The notes under the pieces: generated by a model | Database searches by the model: none | Seen by the model: the letters and a program-made list of their open reading frames with translations, nothing else | Told to the model about the DNA's origin: nothing | Part shown: piece by piece, positions 49,301-63,106 of the stretch | How positions within the stretch are numbered: position 1 is the stretch's first letter | Layout of the letters: each line of letters begins with the position of its first letter | Position numbers and translations under genes: made by a program | Assembly: GCF_006345805.1 (NCBI RefSeq) | Contig: NC_043004.1 | Location: 78,740,001-78,804,000, forward strand | Reading direction: 5' to 3' | Length of the DNA stretch: 64,000 nucleotides | DNA from: Octopus sinensis | Lineage: Eukaryota

Positions 49301-50305
49301 AAGAAATCTGTAATTGTATATATATTGGTACTGAAGGAAAAGAAGGCAAATGATGAAATGATGATGATGGACACTGAAGCCTAATGGCAATTAACTTTTG
49401 TTAGTAATTATGTGGAAGAAGTGAGGGACATGTCGAAATATTAACGAGACTGGTATAAGGTAACAGAGGAATGGTTCTAAGTTGTGGAGTCGAGCAGTTG
49501 GCACACATTTCTGTTTGTTGGATTTTTTCATTTCAACGATGTGATGAACGCTGTCGGAAGATTAACGAGGTGTTTGATGAAGAATGGATTAAATGAAGAA
49601 GTGGAAAAAAAAGGAAAAGAAAGAAAAAAATGGATTTCTCTCCCCCCATCCCTTCCATAAATGTAAATGATGTAAAAAGACAAAAAAAAAGGAAAGAACA
49701 AGCAAAAAAAAATGGACACAAACTAAATTTAGATTTATGTAGTGGAGGTTTTGTGTGTATATGTTGATCTTTCATAGTTGATTAATACCAGGATTATCTA
49801 TGCAGAGAGAGATGAGTGTATGTGTGTGTGTGTGTGTAAATGTATGTCTGGGTGAACGTATGTGTGTGTGTGTGTGTGTGTTATGTGCACGTGTGTGTGT
49901 GTTCCGATGAAGTAAAATGACCAACTGACCACTCCTGATATGATCCGGACTGTTTACTTACTTATATTCATCTCACACTCAATTTGTCATTTCAGCTTTA
50001 CCTCATCTCTCGACCCCCACCTTTCTATCCCCCCCATCTCACTCTTCTCTCTCTCTCTCTCACTTACTGTTGCTTTCCTTCTCTTTTACATACACGCAAA
50101 CACACATTTATATATATATATATATACACTCAGTCCACTTAGCTGTAAATGGGTAAGGTAATCTCTGCGATGGACTAGCCTTCCAACCAGGCTGGAATGT
50201 TGGCATGCTCATCTAGCCACTGAGGTGATCTTTTTCAAAAGCTAAAACGATGGAAAGTGCACTGTGACCAGTGATGTATAACATGTTAGTCTGGTAAATT
50301 ACCTG

Positions 50306-50338
<33 letters not shown>

Positions 50339-51455
50339 TGCGTACCTACATACACATACACTTATAATCAAGCAATTCCCATTGTACTTTGATGACGCCC
50401 CCTGATTTCCATCCCCACCCCTGCTTCATTTCTACAATTCTCCGTCCCCCCTATTATGTTTACTGCCATATCTTAACCTTACATCCAAACTATGCCCCAC
50501 CCTCTCTCTTATTACCCCCACCCACAATATTTTGGCTGTCACCTTCAATGTGCTAACTACATAATAATTGTCATAATAACATAGTTATCGACCCCCTAAA
50601 CCCTAACACTCCTATAAAGGTTGTGATTTATCCAGTTTCTTGTTTATTTAAAAATTTTTTTTAATATTTCTCTTTTTTTTTTGTTCCAGAGACTTCTGTA
50701 TATGTCTTGTGTAATATTAACTTTGATATTGCATTCCTGCCCTCACCTCCTTGTCTCTCTCTTTCTTTCTCTCTCTCTCTCTCTCTCTCTCTCACTTAGT
50801 GTGTCTTGCTATCTTTCTCCCCCCATGGATCATTTCCCCTCCCTTCCATGTGTAATGCAACGTAGGATCTCTCTCTCTTTCCTCTTATTCTTTACAAATG
50901 CTATCCATGTAAGAATGGAATTTATATTACGGACAAGCCATATATCTGATTTCTCCCAGAACACTCTGTTATCAACACACTGTTCTCTCCAAGACATTCT
51001 TTTCATCATAGAACCTCTGTATGCTAAACACACACAAACACACACACACACAAACAAACACATTTCTCGTTTTCTTGAACAACCATTTCTAAACACGCAT
51101 GTCTTTCACACAGCCTATTATGGACATATACAATTCCATCTATTCCCCTCCACCCCAACCACATATATATATATATATGTATGTATGTATGTATATGTAT
51201 ATTTCTTATTTTGTGTGTAAATTCTTAATTTTTAAAAAAAATAATTTTATTTTGAAAATTTACTGAAATGTTGAACTGAAGAGAATCCATAACAAACGCT
51301 TGTTATGCATGAGTACACAACAAAAATTTAAAAATAGTACAATCACACCAGCTGTTTATCACACACAAACTCATACACATACACAAATCCCAGTCCCTGC
51401 TTATGGAAAAAAAAAAGCTAAATTAAATCTTCTTTAAGCTTTGAATAAGCCAACA

Positions 51456-51496
<41 letters not shown>

Positions 51497-51497
<1 letters not shown>

Positions 51498-51709
51498 TGG
51501 CGATGAGGTGGCAGAATTGTTAGTATGCTGAATGGAATGCTTAGCAGTATTTTGTCTATCTTTACGTTCTGAGTTCAAATCCTGCCGAGGTTAACTTTGC
51601 CTTTCATAGTTTCGGGGTCAGTAAAATAAGTACCAGTGAAACACTGGGGTTGATGTAACGACCCATCCCCTGCTCCAAAACTGCTGCCCTTGTGGCAAAA
51701 TTTAAAACC

Positions 51710-51737
<28 letters not shown>
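51497..51737 (+). mobile_element. Family C SINE with an (ATT)n tail
   Basis: Full pattern; another copy at 52583-52815. Confidence 0.8.
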
Positions 51738-51740
<3 letters not shown>

Positions 51741-52013
51741 TCTATTACATGCCAATTCAGTTTGCAGGAATGTTATCTTGAGGTTTGGTGACGTCTCCTT
51801 GAATCTCAAGAATCTTTCTTGGGGCTCTTGCAGAAAATAAGATGGTATTTTGCTGCAGGTCAACAATAGAAGCTTCAATTCCAATCTTTTCCAGTCTTTT
51901 TTGGTGGCATTTTGGATGTTGTGCCAAGTGCACCAATTACTACAGGAATAATTAATGTCTTAAACTTCCACACTTCCTTCAACTCTTTGGCTAGATCCAG
52001 ATATTTCTCAATT
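51738..52013 (-). mobile_element. Degenerate R4/Dong-type RLE C-terminal fragment
   Basis: Manual translation IEKYLDLAKELKEVWKFKTLIIPVVIGALG, then a frameshift, then LEKIGIEASIVDLQQ...RKILE; bounded by (TTA)n. Confidence 0.75.
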
Positions 52014-52024
52014 TATTATTATTG

Positions 52025-52568
52025 AGTTAGAACACAGACCATTGAAGTGACACTGGGGTACAATTATTTGATACCCATCTTAACTACCTCTCTGATAAGG
52101 GTACAGTAGGCACATGCATCACAACCATATGTGCACAACATGGTGGCCTCATATCAAGCTAAACAGTGCATGACCCTGCAGGTGGGTCCCAGTCAGAATT
52201 TTCTTCAGGTGGAGTAACCTATCCCACTCAAATAGGTCCCTGAATAAGGGTTGTGTATGGGTGATAAACAAAACATCCACGTTTCCAGAGGTGAATTGTT
52301 CAAACCCCAAAGAATTCCTCTCAACACATGGCTATGATGCTCCCCCACTGCTTCTGCTCGTGGTCAGAGATGCACATATCATCAGCCACTAAGGGACATG
52401 CTCAACTGGTTAAGGTCAAACAACTGACAAGCAAATCTGTGGTATTGAGCAGAATATTTGCTGTAGCCCATCTTTTATACCAAGACAAAACAATATACCT
52501 GATAATACTTCCAATCAGTTAAGATCAGAAGCCATGAGAGCCACTGTCTGGTACTGCATCAGGGCATT
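52025..52568 (-). mobile_element. Non-coding interspersed element between (TTA)n tracts, next to the Dong-type fragment
   Basis: Complex-sequence block bounded by TTA repeats at 52013-52023 and 52569-52582; no long ORF; recalled as a frequent octopus repeat, not verified. Confidence 0.45.
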
Positions 52569-53334
52569 TATTATTATTATTAAGAAGTCTTTGAGCTGGC
52601 TGAATCGTTAGCACACTGGGCAAGATGCTTAGTAATATTTCATCCATCTTTACATTCTGAGTTCAAATTTTGCCATGGTTGACTTTGCCTCTCATCCTTT
52701 CAGGGTCGATAAATTAAGTAACAGTGGAACACTGGGGTTGATGTAACCGGCTACTCCCTTCCTCCCAAATTTCAGGTCTTGTACCTATAATAGAAAAGAT
52801 TATTATTATTATTATTTTTGTGTATGAACTGGGTTTTCCTAAAGGAAATAGTTCATGTTACCGTCTTTTGTTTTTAGTTGGAATCGCATCCTGTACCAAT
52901 GCTGTGGCTTTTGTTTTATGTGTGTTTTTGTAATTTTACCAATCAACTGAAGCACATGAGATACCATTGTTAAAGTTGTTCATCGGCACACCTTTCTCAT
53001 TTCTCTCTGAACAACTCTGGTTCCTACAGGTCTTTTATATTTGGTCAGCGAGTAATTTTCGTTTGCCAATACAGGAAACAACATTGGATGAAAGCTAAAT
53101 TTTATTGAGCGCACCTCAGCAAGGGATGGTGACTGCTTTACCATGGTATACTGGACAAACAGTTGAGTGGTTTTATGAATTACCATTGGATATAGGGAAA
53201 TACTGGCAGATTACAACTGCCACTGTCATGCCATCAGCATAAACGATCATATAAAAGACATTAAATCATTAAAGTATTAGTAAACCAAAAAAAACCCCCC
53301 CAAAAAAACCCAGCACTCTGTTAATTTTGACAAC

Positions 53335-53605
53335 AAGGGTTCCAGTTAATGCGATCAATGGTTTTGAAATTAAGGTTCTGAGCACTCCAGAGGCACACAT
53401 ATCCTCAATGTAGTTCTCAGGATGTCATGGAATGTGGTAAGGCCAACCCTTTGAATTACAGGTAGAACTCATTTTTGCCAGCTGAGTGGACTGGAGCAAT
53501 AGGAAATAAAGTGTCTTGCTCAAGGACACAATGCACCTCCAGGAATCGAGCTCAAGACCTTACAGTTGTGAACTGAATACCCTAATCACTAAGCCATCCA
53601 CCTTC
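53335..53605 (-). mobile_element. Family A SINE (a further partial copy lies at 48258-48452)
   Basis: Shared CTCATTTTTGCCAGCTGAGTGGACTGGAGCAA segment and tRNA head. Confidence 0.7.
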
Positions 53606-54710
53606 ACCCCCCACCCACAGATATGCATGGGTACAGGTGTGGCCGTGTGGTTTGAGAAGTCTGCTTCCCAACCACATCGTTTTGGGTTCAGTCCTACTGC
53701 ATGGCCGCTTAAGAAAGTTTCTTCTACTGCAGCTCCAAACCGACCCAAGCCCTGTGAGTGGATTTGGTAGATGGAAATTGAAAGACCACCCCCTTGCTGG
53801 TGCCATGTAAAATGCACCCAGCCCCCTCTGTAAGGTGGTTGGCATTAGGAAGGGCATCTGGCTGTAAAACCCATAAAACCATGCCAAATGCAGACAGTGG
53901 GTCTTGGTGCAGCCCTCTGGCTTGGTAGCATGGAAGATGGACACTAAATCATGATGACGATGGTACTTTATAATCATTCTTCTGTGTGTCCACCTTGCTA
54001 GGTGATTGGTGTTAGGAAGGGCATCCAGCTGTAAAAACCATGCCAAATGCAGACACAGAAGTCTGGTGCAGGCTCTTTCTTGGCCAGCTCCTGTCAAACC
54101 ATTCACCTCAACCCAGCATGGAACTAGGACATTAAATGATGATTATATATATGTGCAGGTGTGGCTGTGTGGTAAGAAATTTGCTTCGGGCCATATGGTT
54201 CCAGGTTCAGTCCCACTGCATGGCACCTTGGGAAAGTGTCTTTTACTATAGCATCGGACTAACCAAAGCCTTGTAGTGGATTTGGTAGATGGAAACTGAA
54301 AGAAACCTGTCCTACATACACACACATAGTTATGGCTTTTCTTTAAGAAAGGTGAATCTTGAAGCAGATAAAGCTATAAATAACGGTGTTTAAATATTGG
54401 GTTAAAATCCCTTTGGATTTCATTTGCTATTTATATATAATCAAAATAAGCAACAAGTATATCTTTGGTAATTTGGTACGATCATTTCATGCTACTTCAT
54501 TTTATTAAACATTGTAAGTATTACATCAGTTTTAAAATGTTGAGCAATCTTCATCCATTTATAGAAGCCTTCCATCAAACGGACAATACATATACTTATT
54601 TCCATTTCTTTTGCCAACATTATAAAGAGGGTAGATATACAGACAGAGAGGTTGCTTTGATTGTTAAGAACATGATAGTATTCATTTGAATCTAAATTTT
54701 GCTGAACTTA

Positions 54711-54741
<31 letters not shown>

Positions 54742-55611
54742 GTAAATATGAGTGTTTGTGGATGTCCTCCACTACAACTTGATGCGTTTAAATCCCAGTA
54801 ACTTAGTGGCTCGGCAAAAGAGATGACAATAAGTAACAGGCTTAAATGATAGAAAATTACATATCTTGTTCAGGAATGTATTACTAATTATGGCATATAA
54901 GTGGTGAAAATATTGTCAGTTTTAGGTTGAAGACTACTCCTAGGTAATACTGATGACCCTTCAAATATACCGACCCTGTTGGAAGTACACAGGTTCTAAG
55001 TTGTCTGGGTGATGGTAATAAGAAATGGAGTGAAACAAATTTTTATTTTCGGGGATGGAGAGAAGAGTTATTTCCCTTGGATTGGTGTAAACTCTGTCTG
55101 TCTGTCTATCTATGTATCGACAAAAATAGACTTACAAGTGTGCATCAAAATTAATTTGTTCTTATGAGGGCAGCTTCCAAAAATTTCACTAGTGTGCTTT
55201 TTACCGACTTATTGACATAACCACATGCGCGCGCGCGCACACACAGAGTTTTTTGTTGGAGCAGGACCACAGAATTTCACGTCCATGTTATCCTGAGTGA
55301 AATTCCACCGCTGGAGATCTTGATATAAAGAAATGTAATTTTCTGTGGCCTTGGGTCGAAACATAACTTATGGTTGAAATTTGGTTGATGGACCCTTATA
55401 GAAACCTGTCGGGTGAATAGTAGCTGCAATTCTGAAGGTACAGCCTTGTCACACACCGCGTTACACTGAGCCTGGCGAAGGATTACGTTAGGGTACTCAT
55501 GTCTGTGGAAGGTACGGTCACTGTTATGCAAATTCAGGGGCAGATAACTCAGATGATTAAACAGCAGAGATCCACTGGCATAGTTTTCAACCTGTTTATA
55601 TCCATGTTGGG

Positions 55612-55842
55612 GAGGCGGCGAGTTGGCAGAAACGTTTGCGTGCCGGGCGAAATGCTTAGCGGTATTCGCCTGTCGTTACGTTCTGAGTTCAAATTCTGTC
55701 GAGGTCGACTTTGCCTTTCATCCTCTCGGGGTCAATAAATAAAGTACCAGTTTCGCACTGGGTCGATGTAATCGACTTAATCCCTTTGTCTGTCCTTGTT
55801 TGTCCCCTCTATGTTTAGCCCCTTGTGAGTAGTAAAGAAATA
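55612..55842 (+). mobile_element. Family C SINE, CpG-intact
   Basis: Full pattern; another at 56872-57073. Confidence 0.85.
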
Positions 55843-57894
55843 TATATCCATGTCGGGATAGGCACAAACGTGGCTTGGTGGTAAAATGTTTACACTCTCA
55901 CCGCATGGTTCTAGGTTCAATACTACTGCGTGACACCTTCGGCAAGTGCCTTCTACTATAGTCTTTGGTCGATTAAAGCCTTGTGAGTGAATTTAATAGA
56001 GGAAACTCAAAAGAAGCCCATCATATGTATGTGTGTGTGTATATGTATGTGAGTGTGTATATATATACATATATATACGTGTGTGTTTGTCTTGGTATGC
56101 GTAATAGTTGTAAATGAGTGCCACTTCACACAAGCACTACCGTTTATTCCCAATCTGGCAAAGCATGCCTGACCAAGGGGGTGGTGGGTTACCTTGTTTG
56201 GAAGCAGTTGAAAATTGGTGACAAGAAAAGTATTTGGTCGTAGAAAACCTGCCTTACATAAACTCTTTCTGATCCATGCAAACATGGGAAAGTGAACATT
56301 AAACTGATAATAATAATGGTGGCCGTCCGTAACAATGTCCGGCAAAGCGATCTCTGTCGTTGCGGCTGCAAGAAGACCATCATAAATATACAAAACATTA
56401 AAGATTAAGGATCAATATAATTATTAAATATAAACAATCTAATATGGCGTCCTTCTTCATCATTTAACCAGGAGACTTTAGTTCTGAAAGGAGTCATCTT
56501 GTTAAATGATAGAGAGGGGCACTCAGCATCACATATTTATAGAGCAGCATGTCTGCTATCATAGAAAACACAAATGTAATTTGGTCTGCCAGGTTGAGTA
56601 TTCCTATGATTAAAAAAGGATTAGCATGCAGTGTAAAGGTTAAAAAAGAGAGAAAAAAAAAGGGAAAATGACCGGATGTGTCGACAGTGACATCCGATAA
56701 TTTCGTATAAACAATCGGTAACTTAACCAATGTATATAACGTGAAAGGACAGGAACAACACCACCACGTCCCGTCAGTTCTTTCTGTGCGGTTCAGAAGT
56801 GTTGGCTATCATACGTCGACATGCAAATCACCGAACTGCCTTCTCAGTGGTGTTGTTCTTTGCAGGATATATACACGCTGAAATGCTTAGCGGTATTTCA
56901 TCTGTGTTTACGTTCTGAGTTCAAATTCCGCCGAGGTCGACTTTGTCTTTCATCCTTTAGGGGTCGATTAAATAAGTACCAGTTACGCACTGGCGTCGAT
57001 ATAATCGACTTAATCCGTTTATCTGTCCTTGTTCGTCCCCTCTGTGTGTAGCCCCTTGTGGGCAGTAAAGAAATAGGTATGGTAACAATAGAAAAAAAAA
57101 AATCCAGTTGTGATCATCCCCACCACATCACTAGGCATAGTCCCTATCAAGGACTATCTGATGTGTGCTTTTAAAATATGAACATTTGGGTACCATTTGT
57201 AGCAGGCTAACTAACCATAGAAACTCATTCGTTAAGTTCCAGTGAATTTGTTTAGTTGTTTATCGAGTGAAGTTGTTTAGTGAAAGTCAAGAGGTTAATT
57301 CAATAATAAACTTAATGAATATATAGAGGGCAGTATATTTAAAATGCTGTTTTAATATTATTATAAAGATCATACGAGTGAGTTCACACGAGAGCTATAT
57401 CGTTTATTAATTGTTAAACAAATCAAATTATCGAATCATCGATTTGTTTATAAAATGTGCTAAAAGTATATTTCAGCAAAGTATATTTTAGAAAAGTGTC
57501 ATGTTAAATAAGGTCATTGAAAACTGAAACGAAAAAATACTGTATTTGATGGTATATAAGAGGCACATTTTCCCATTTTCCCCAAGAGTGTTTCAAAAAT
57601 AACATTCTGGCTCCTATACGTGATGATGGATCTTCTGTATTATTTTCATTCACTAAAAAGTTCTTTTGAATATGCGTTGCTGAAATTGGGGGTACGTCTA
57701 TTATGGCAGTATGTTTTTTTTATGCCTTCAAATACAAGATGGTCTGAAATAAATTAAAAAGTTAGCTCAAACTTTAGTGGAGATCAAAAGTTCTTTCCCT
57801 TGAATAATGAGTTTTCTCCCTTGTTTACTTACAGCTGAAGGAATTCTATCAGGATTTTTATCTTTGTTGCGGTGCAGGCAAAAGATTATATCTC

Positions 57895-58089
57895 TCTCTT
57901 TTACCTGTTTCAGTCATCTGACTGCGGCCATGCTGGAGCACCACCTTTAGTCGAGCAAATAGACTCCAGGAGTTATTCTTTGCAAGCCTAGTACTTATTC
58001 TATCATCCCTTTTGCCGAACCGCTAAGTTACGGCACGTAAACACACCAGCATCGGTTGTTAAGCGATGTTGGAGGGGGGGGCAAACACA

Positions 58090-58120
<31 letters not shown>

Positions 58121-58281
58121 TATATACGACGGGTTTCTTTCAGTTTCCATCTACCAAATCCACTCACAAGGCTTTGGTTGGCCCGAAGCTATAGTAAAAG
58201 ACACTTGCCCAAAGTGCCATGCAGTGGGACTGAACCCGGAACCATGTGGTTCGTAAGCAGGCTACTTACCACACAGCCACT
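57895..58281 (-). mobile_element. Family B SINE
   Basis: Reverse complement; CpG-rich. Confidence 0.85.
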
Positions 58282-58384
58282 GATATCAAGAATTTGGCTT
58301 TGTTTTCTATGAAAACTTCATTATATTTCTCAAACTCCAGTGAGTTTGTGTTGTATTGTTATTTCCGTAGAAAATTTCTACGTC

Positions 58385-58610
58385 AAGCTGGTTCGGGCTT
58401 CTTTGTGTGTTTAAGAACTTCGCTCCCCAGTCATGTAGTTCCAGGTTGGATGCCAAGGCGCGATACGTTAAGAGGCCATTCTTTCACCCCACAGCGTCGT
58501 GTTGACCAATTCCTTGTTAGTAGAATTTGGTGGAGGGAAACAGTGAAGGTCAATAGAAAACAACTGACTTCCACTGCTTCCGTCTAACAAAATCGAGTAA
58601 CTGTGTGCGC

Positions 58611-58667
<57 letters not shown>

Positions 58668-58822
58668 CGTGTGTATGTGTGTGTGTGTGCGTGTGTGTAT
58701 GTGCGTGTGTGCATGCACATGTAGCCTATTGGTTAGGATGTTGTTTGCAATCATAAGGTCTTGGGTTCGATTGACTGACCGGGCTCTTCATTTCATCATA
58801 TTCACTTGCCGGTGACAACAAT

Positions 58823-58862
<40 letters not shown>

Positions 58863-59187
58863 ATATAATTACAGCCTTTTTCTTTTTTAGGCAGTGAAAC
58901 GGCAGAATCGTTTGCACGTCGAGCAAAACTCTTGGCAACATTTCGTCCGTCTTTCCGTTCTGAATTTAAATGCCACTGAGGTCGATTTTGTCTTTTATCC
59001 TTTCAGGGGTCGAGGAAATTCAGGGTGGAGTGGGGGTGATGTAATCTGCTGTCTTTGTGCTAAAATTTGAAACCGTCATTTATAATTCTATTTGCTTATA
59101 GATTCAATGTCAGTGAATCGAACCCAAGACCTTATGATCGTAGACAGCATCCTAACCAATAGGCTACATGTGTGTGTGTGTACGCAT

Positions 59188-59247
<60 letters not shown>

Positions 59248-59286
59248 GCGCACATACACACTCACACGCGCACACACACATACACA

Positions 59287-59320
<34 letters not shown>

Positions 59321-59539
59321 TTATTACTAGATTTTGTTAGACGGAAGCAGTGGAAGTCAGTCGTTTTCTATTGACCTTCGCTGTTTCTGTCCACCAAATT
59401 CTACTTACAAGGAATTAGCCAACACGATGCTGTGGGGGAAAAGAATGGCCTCTTAACGTACCGTGCAATGCCATCCAACATGGAACTACATGACTGGAGA
59501 ACGAAGTTCTTAAACACTCAAAGAAACCCTAACCAGCTT
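58385..59539. repeat. Large inverted duplication (~395/430-bp arms, ~330-bp loop)
   Basis: 58385-58779 pairs with 59109-59539, including matching (TG)n/(CA)n. Confidence 0.9.
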
Positions 59540-59989
59540 AAGATAAAGGCAAGAAAATAAAGAAAATCTGTTTGATAGCAACAATAACCACATTTTTGAC
59601 ATTTACAAGTTAATAGCATATTCATATATATTGAAATTCCTCCTCGTTTTGTGTTAAAAAAAGGTAAAAGTTTGTGGGATGCCAGACAGATTGTTTTGGT
59701 GAGACGGTGATATATCTTTCGTGGAAAGGAAATATTTTACTTGCACAACATAATAGAGATATAAGACACGAAATTGTGGGTGGATACGCACAATGAAGAG
59801 CATTCGGACATAATGTAAAACAATTGTGAAGTTGAGTGTGTTGGTATGATGTAGTCACGAAAACACTCAATTAAAATATTTTTTAAACTGGGCGTAGGCG
59901 TGGCTGTGTGGTTAAGAAGTTTGTTTCTCCACATGTGGTCCATGAAGGCGGTGCCACAGTTATGTTTTTAAAATAATTTTTTTTTTTTA

Positions 59990-61100
59990 ATGACTTGGTC
60001 TGGAGGAAGAGGATGTGTTTGCAGCTTTCCAGTGCGAGATCGACGCGGCTGATGCTTCTTCTGAACAGTTTCAATGTTGACGGCGGTGGCAGGGAAAATA
60101 AAGGAAAAGGAACTCCAGGATAGTTGACATTCTGTGAAGGAAGGATTGTATGTAGCGATTTATGTAGGATCAAGGAGTTGAGAAGGGGGGTCACAGCATG
60201 GATAACGAGAGGAGAAGACGAGTGGATCGGGATGGTCCGAGGGAACACATCATCCTACTCCAAGTAGCAGGAGTCTCAGCAGTAAAACTAGGAATGACAG
60301 AAGCGTGGCGTCTGTCAAATTGATTACTTTACCAAAAAGCGATGGTACAAGAAAGATAAGTGACCCCTGCTTCTTGAAACAGGCAGATTTTGCATCACCC
60401 TCTCTTAGGCCCTTCCGACTCATTCATCTCTTCCTCTCGTCTCCTTTATCGTACCCCCTCCTTAACTCTCGTAGTTATTACTAAGCCCAGTCCCTGTCTC
60501 TAAATGTGATCATATGTGAAATCAATATTGTTTAAAAGGCATAAGGCAAAAAAGTGTTGAGACTGATTAAGAAAAGTTAGGAAGCCGGAAGTTGAGGTGT
60601 GTAGGCGAACGACTTCACGCCGAGCAGTTTAGTCGATCTTTTTAGTTTTAGTGGTGAAGTGGTGCAGTATAGGATATTTGCATGTGCTGTAATATCACCG
60701 TGTCCAACTTGCGAGAGTATTTTTCCATTGTGGGTTTTACTTCAGTTTTGTACAGGACAATAACTGCTAGAAACTGAAGTATATTCTGGACCGGAAGTGG
60801 AAGGCTAATCTCAGTAGAGCAGTTTATGCTATGTGGAGAACGCGAACACACTGCGAGAGATATTCCGTCATGGCGAGTCGAGGGTTCACAATAACTTTGA
60901 AGGGTGAGTCTACTTGCATGTTGTTCATGTTTAGAGGGATGGAAGACAATGTGCTGGGAACGTGTCTTTGTCTTGTCAAAGGAGAGACGAGACTGGCATG
61001 ATTCTGCCCCTAACTAGCAAAAGAGAGTGTTTCAGAAGCCTCCATCCACAGCTCAGTGTGGGTTTGGTGTGAAGTGTTGGGTTTGCAAGTGGATGATTTT
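59990..61100 (-). mobile_element. Old degenerate CR1/L2/Jockey-group LINE ORF2, 3' portion
   Basis: Motifs in the expected order on the minus strand: SFDKTKT (~FNASKT), PLNMNN, VLYKTEVKPTME (~LYK..VRPTMEY), PPPSTLKLFRRSISRVDL (~FP....L..FK..IN); many stops and frameshifts. Confidence 0.6.
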
Positions 61101-61391
61101 TGTACAGACTACATTATGCAATGTATTCATTCTGTTTCTACCTTCGTAGAAAATATGATTGAAGGAAATATGACTGATATTTCTAAATATTTATAAGTCT
61201 AAAAGACCACATAGAGGCTCCATCAAGGATTTTATTCGCTAAAACAGAGAACCATCACATTTATATGTCACTATGATAACAGCGGTGTTTCGGCAATCAC
61301 GGGAAATGAAGGAAGAGAACGAGTAACCGATTTCTTTTATCTTTAGATACATCGCAAAGAATATCTTTGAATATATATTAATTAGCAATAT

Positions 61392-61824
61392 GAGGGCGGC
61401 GAGCTAGCAGAATCGTTAGCACACCGGGAAAAATGCTTAACGGCATTTCGTCCGTCTTTACGTTCTGAGTTCAAATTTTGCCGAGGTCGATTTTGCCTTC
61501 CATCCTTTCGTGGTTGATAAATTTAGTACCAGTGGAGTACTGGGGTCAATGTAATCGACTTAACCCCTTCCCCGAAACTTCTGGCCTTGTGCCAAAATTT
61601 TAAACAAATATTAAGGTGGCGAGCTGGCAGAATCGTTAGCAGGACGGACAAAATGCTTAGCGGCATTTCATCCGTCTTTATGTTCTGAGTTGAAATTCCA
61701 CTGGGATCAAGCTTGTCTTTCGTCCTTTCGGGGTCGATAAAATAAGCACCAGTTAAGCACTAGGGCAAATGTAACCGACTTCCTCTTCCCTGAAATTACT
61801 GGCCCGGTGCCAAAATTTGAAACC
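61392..61824 (+). mobile_element. Two family C SINEs in direct tandem (61392-61610, 61613-61824)
   Basis: GGCGAGCT.GCAGAATCGTTAGC head repeated at about 220-bp spacing. Confidence 0.85.
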
Positions 61825-62465
61825 AGTAAATATTAACTGGCGCAATTTCAGTTACACAGCAGACGGTAAATTTATTCTTGTATACATCTATAGAGTTGTT
61901 TGTTTCATCTTTGAGAATTCTTTCATATCAACAATTATATTTGGTATTTAGTGAATTCTTCTTACATGTTCACATGTATAGAATGCATCATAAGCATCAA
62001 CCTCTTGACCTTTCTAATCAGAAATGTTCTTCCTATTGGAGAACCGGCTGTCTCGAAGTTTTTGCGATGCTGAAGTATGATATGTGTGAGAGAAACAGTA
62101 TCTTGGTGTTACTCGCTCAGTCCCTGAGATAAAAAGGGTGACTAAAATGATGCAATGATACAAAGGTGAAAGACAGAAGCAATCTGCGAACGTTTCCCAG
62201 ATAATCACATTTATCTAAAGAATGTTTTCTAAAACCGAATATATATGTATATATATATGTATGTTTGTGTGTGTGCGTGCGTGTATACTTATATAAATAA
62301 GTATGAGATCGTTATTTAAAATACCGATCATGTCAAGTGGGTAGCATGAGAATAAAAACTTCATAGGTAATAATTATTAAAATTATAATTAAGGGTATCT
62401 AAAAGATACCACCATGTTAGATATAGCTGTCAAAACTTGATTCTAAAACCACATCAAATATTCAC

Positions 62466-62579
<114 letters not shown>

Positions 62580-62580
62580 A

Positions 62581-62960
62581 TCTCTTATTATAAAAGGCAG
62601 ATTTTATCTGCCTCCCTTTGGGAGTTATACAAATCTACAATATAGGATTTCTTCAATTACAATTTACCTAGCAATTTTAAGAGTACAATGCATCGCGTCA
62701 TGCCAGCTCCAGTTTTTAAAATTTAAACTCCAATTAAGCAAAATTTACAGAAAACTCACATTCTGGTGTGTGTGTCAAATGCTTTTCTTAGTCTGGTTTA
62801 CACCACACGCAAACGCACACACACAGTGGGCAGCGAATAAAATGAAAGTAATTTACTTACTGTAGTGAGTGATTCTTTCACTCTGCCTCCCACTTCCTAT
62901 TTCAACACATAGACACGCAAATATATAAATAAAATTGTAAGCTAACGTGCGTGTGTGTGA

Positions 62961-62994
<34 letters not shown>

Positions 62995-63016
62995 GCGCGC
63001 GTGTGTGTGTGTGAGG

Positions 63017-63054
<38 letters not shown>

Positions 63055-63090
63055 GCGTGAGTGTGTGACAGGAAAGTTTTTTACGACGAA
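62581..63090 (+). mobile_element. Helitron-like element, 5' portion
   Basis: Starts TCTCTTATTATAAAAGGCAG, similar to the 5' end of 32825; no CTAG 3' end found. Confidence 0.4.
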
Positions 63091-63106
63091 TATAAGTAGC
63101 AGAAAG

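Noticed and set aside
60870-60909. Apparent first coding exon (GTC-ATG-G...AAG-G|GTGAGT) with nearby CCGGAAGT ETS-like motifs
   Set aside because: It lies inside a decayed LINE ORF2 on the opposite strand, whose motifs explain the sequence; no downstream exon found
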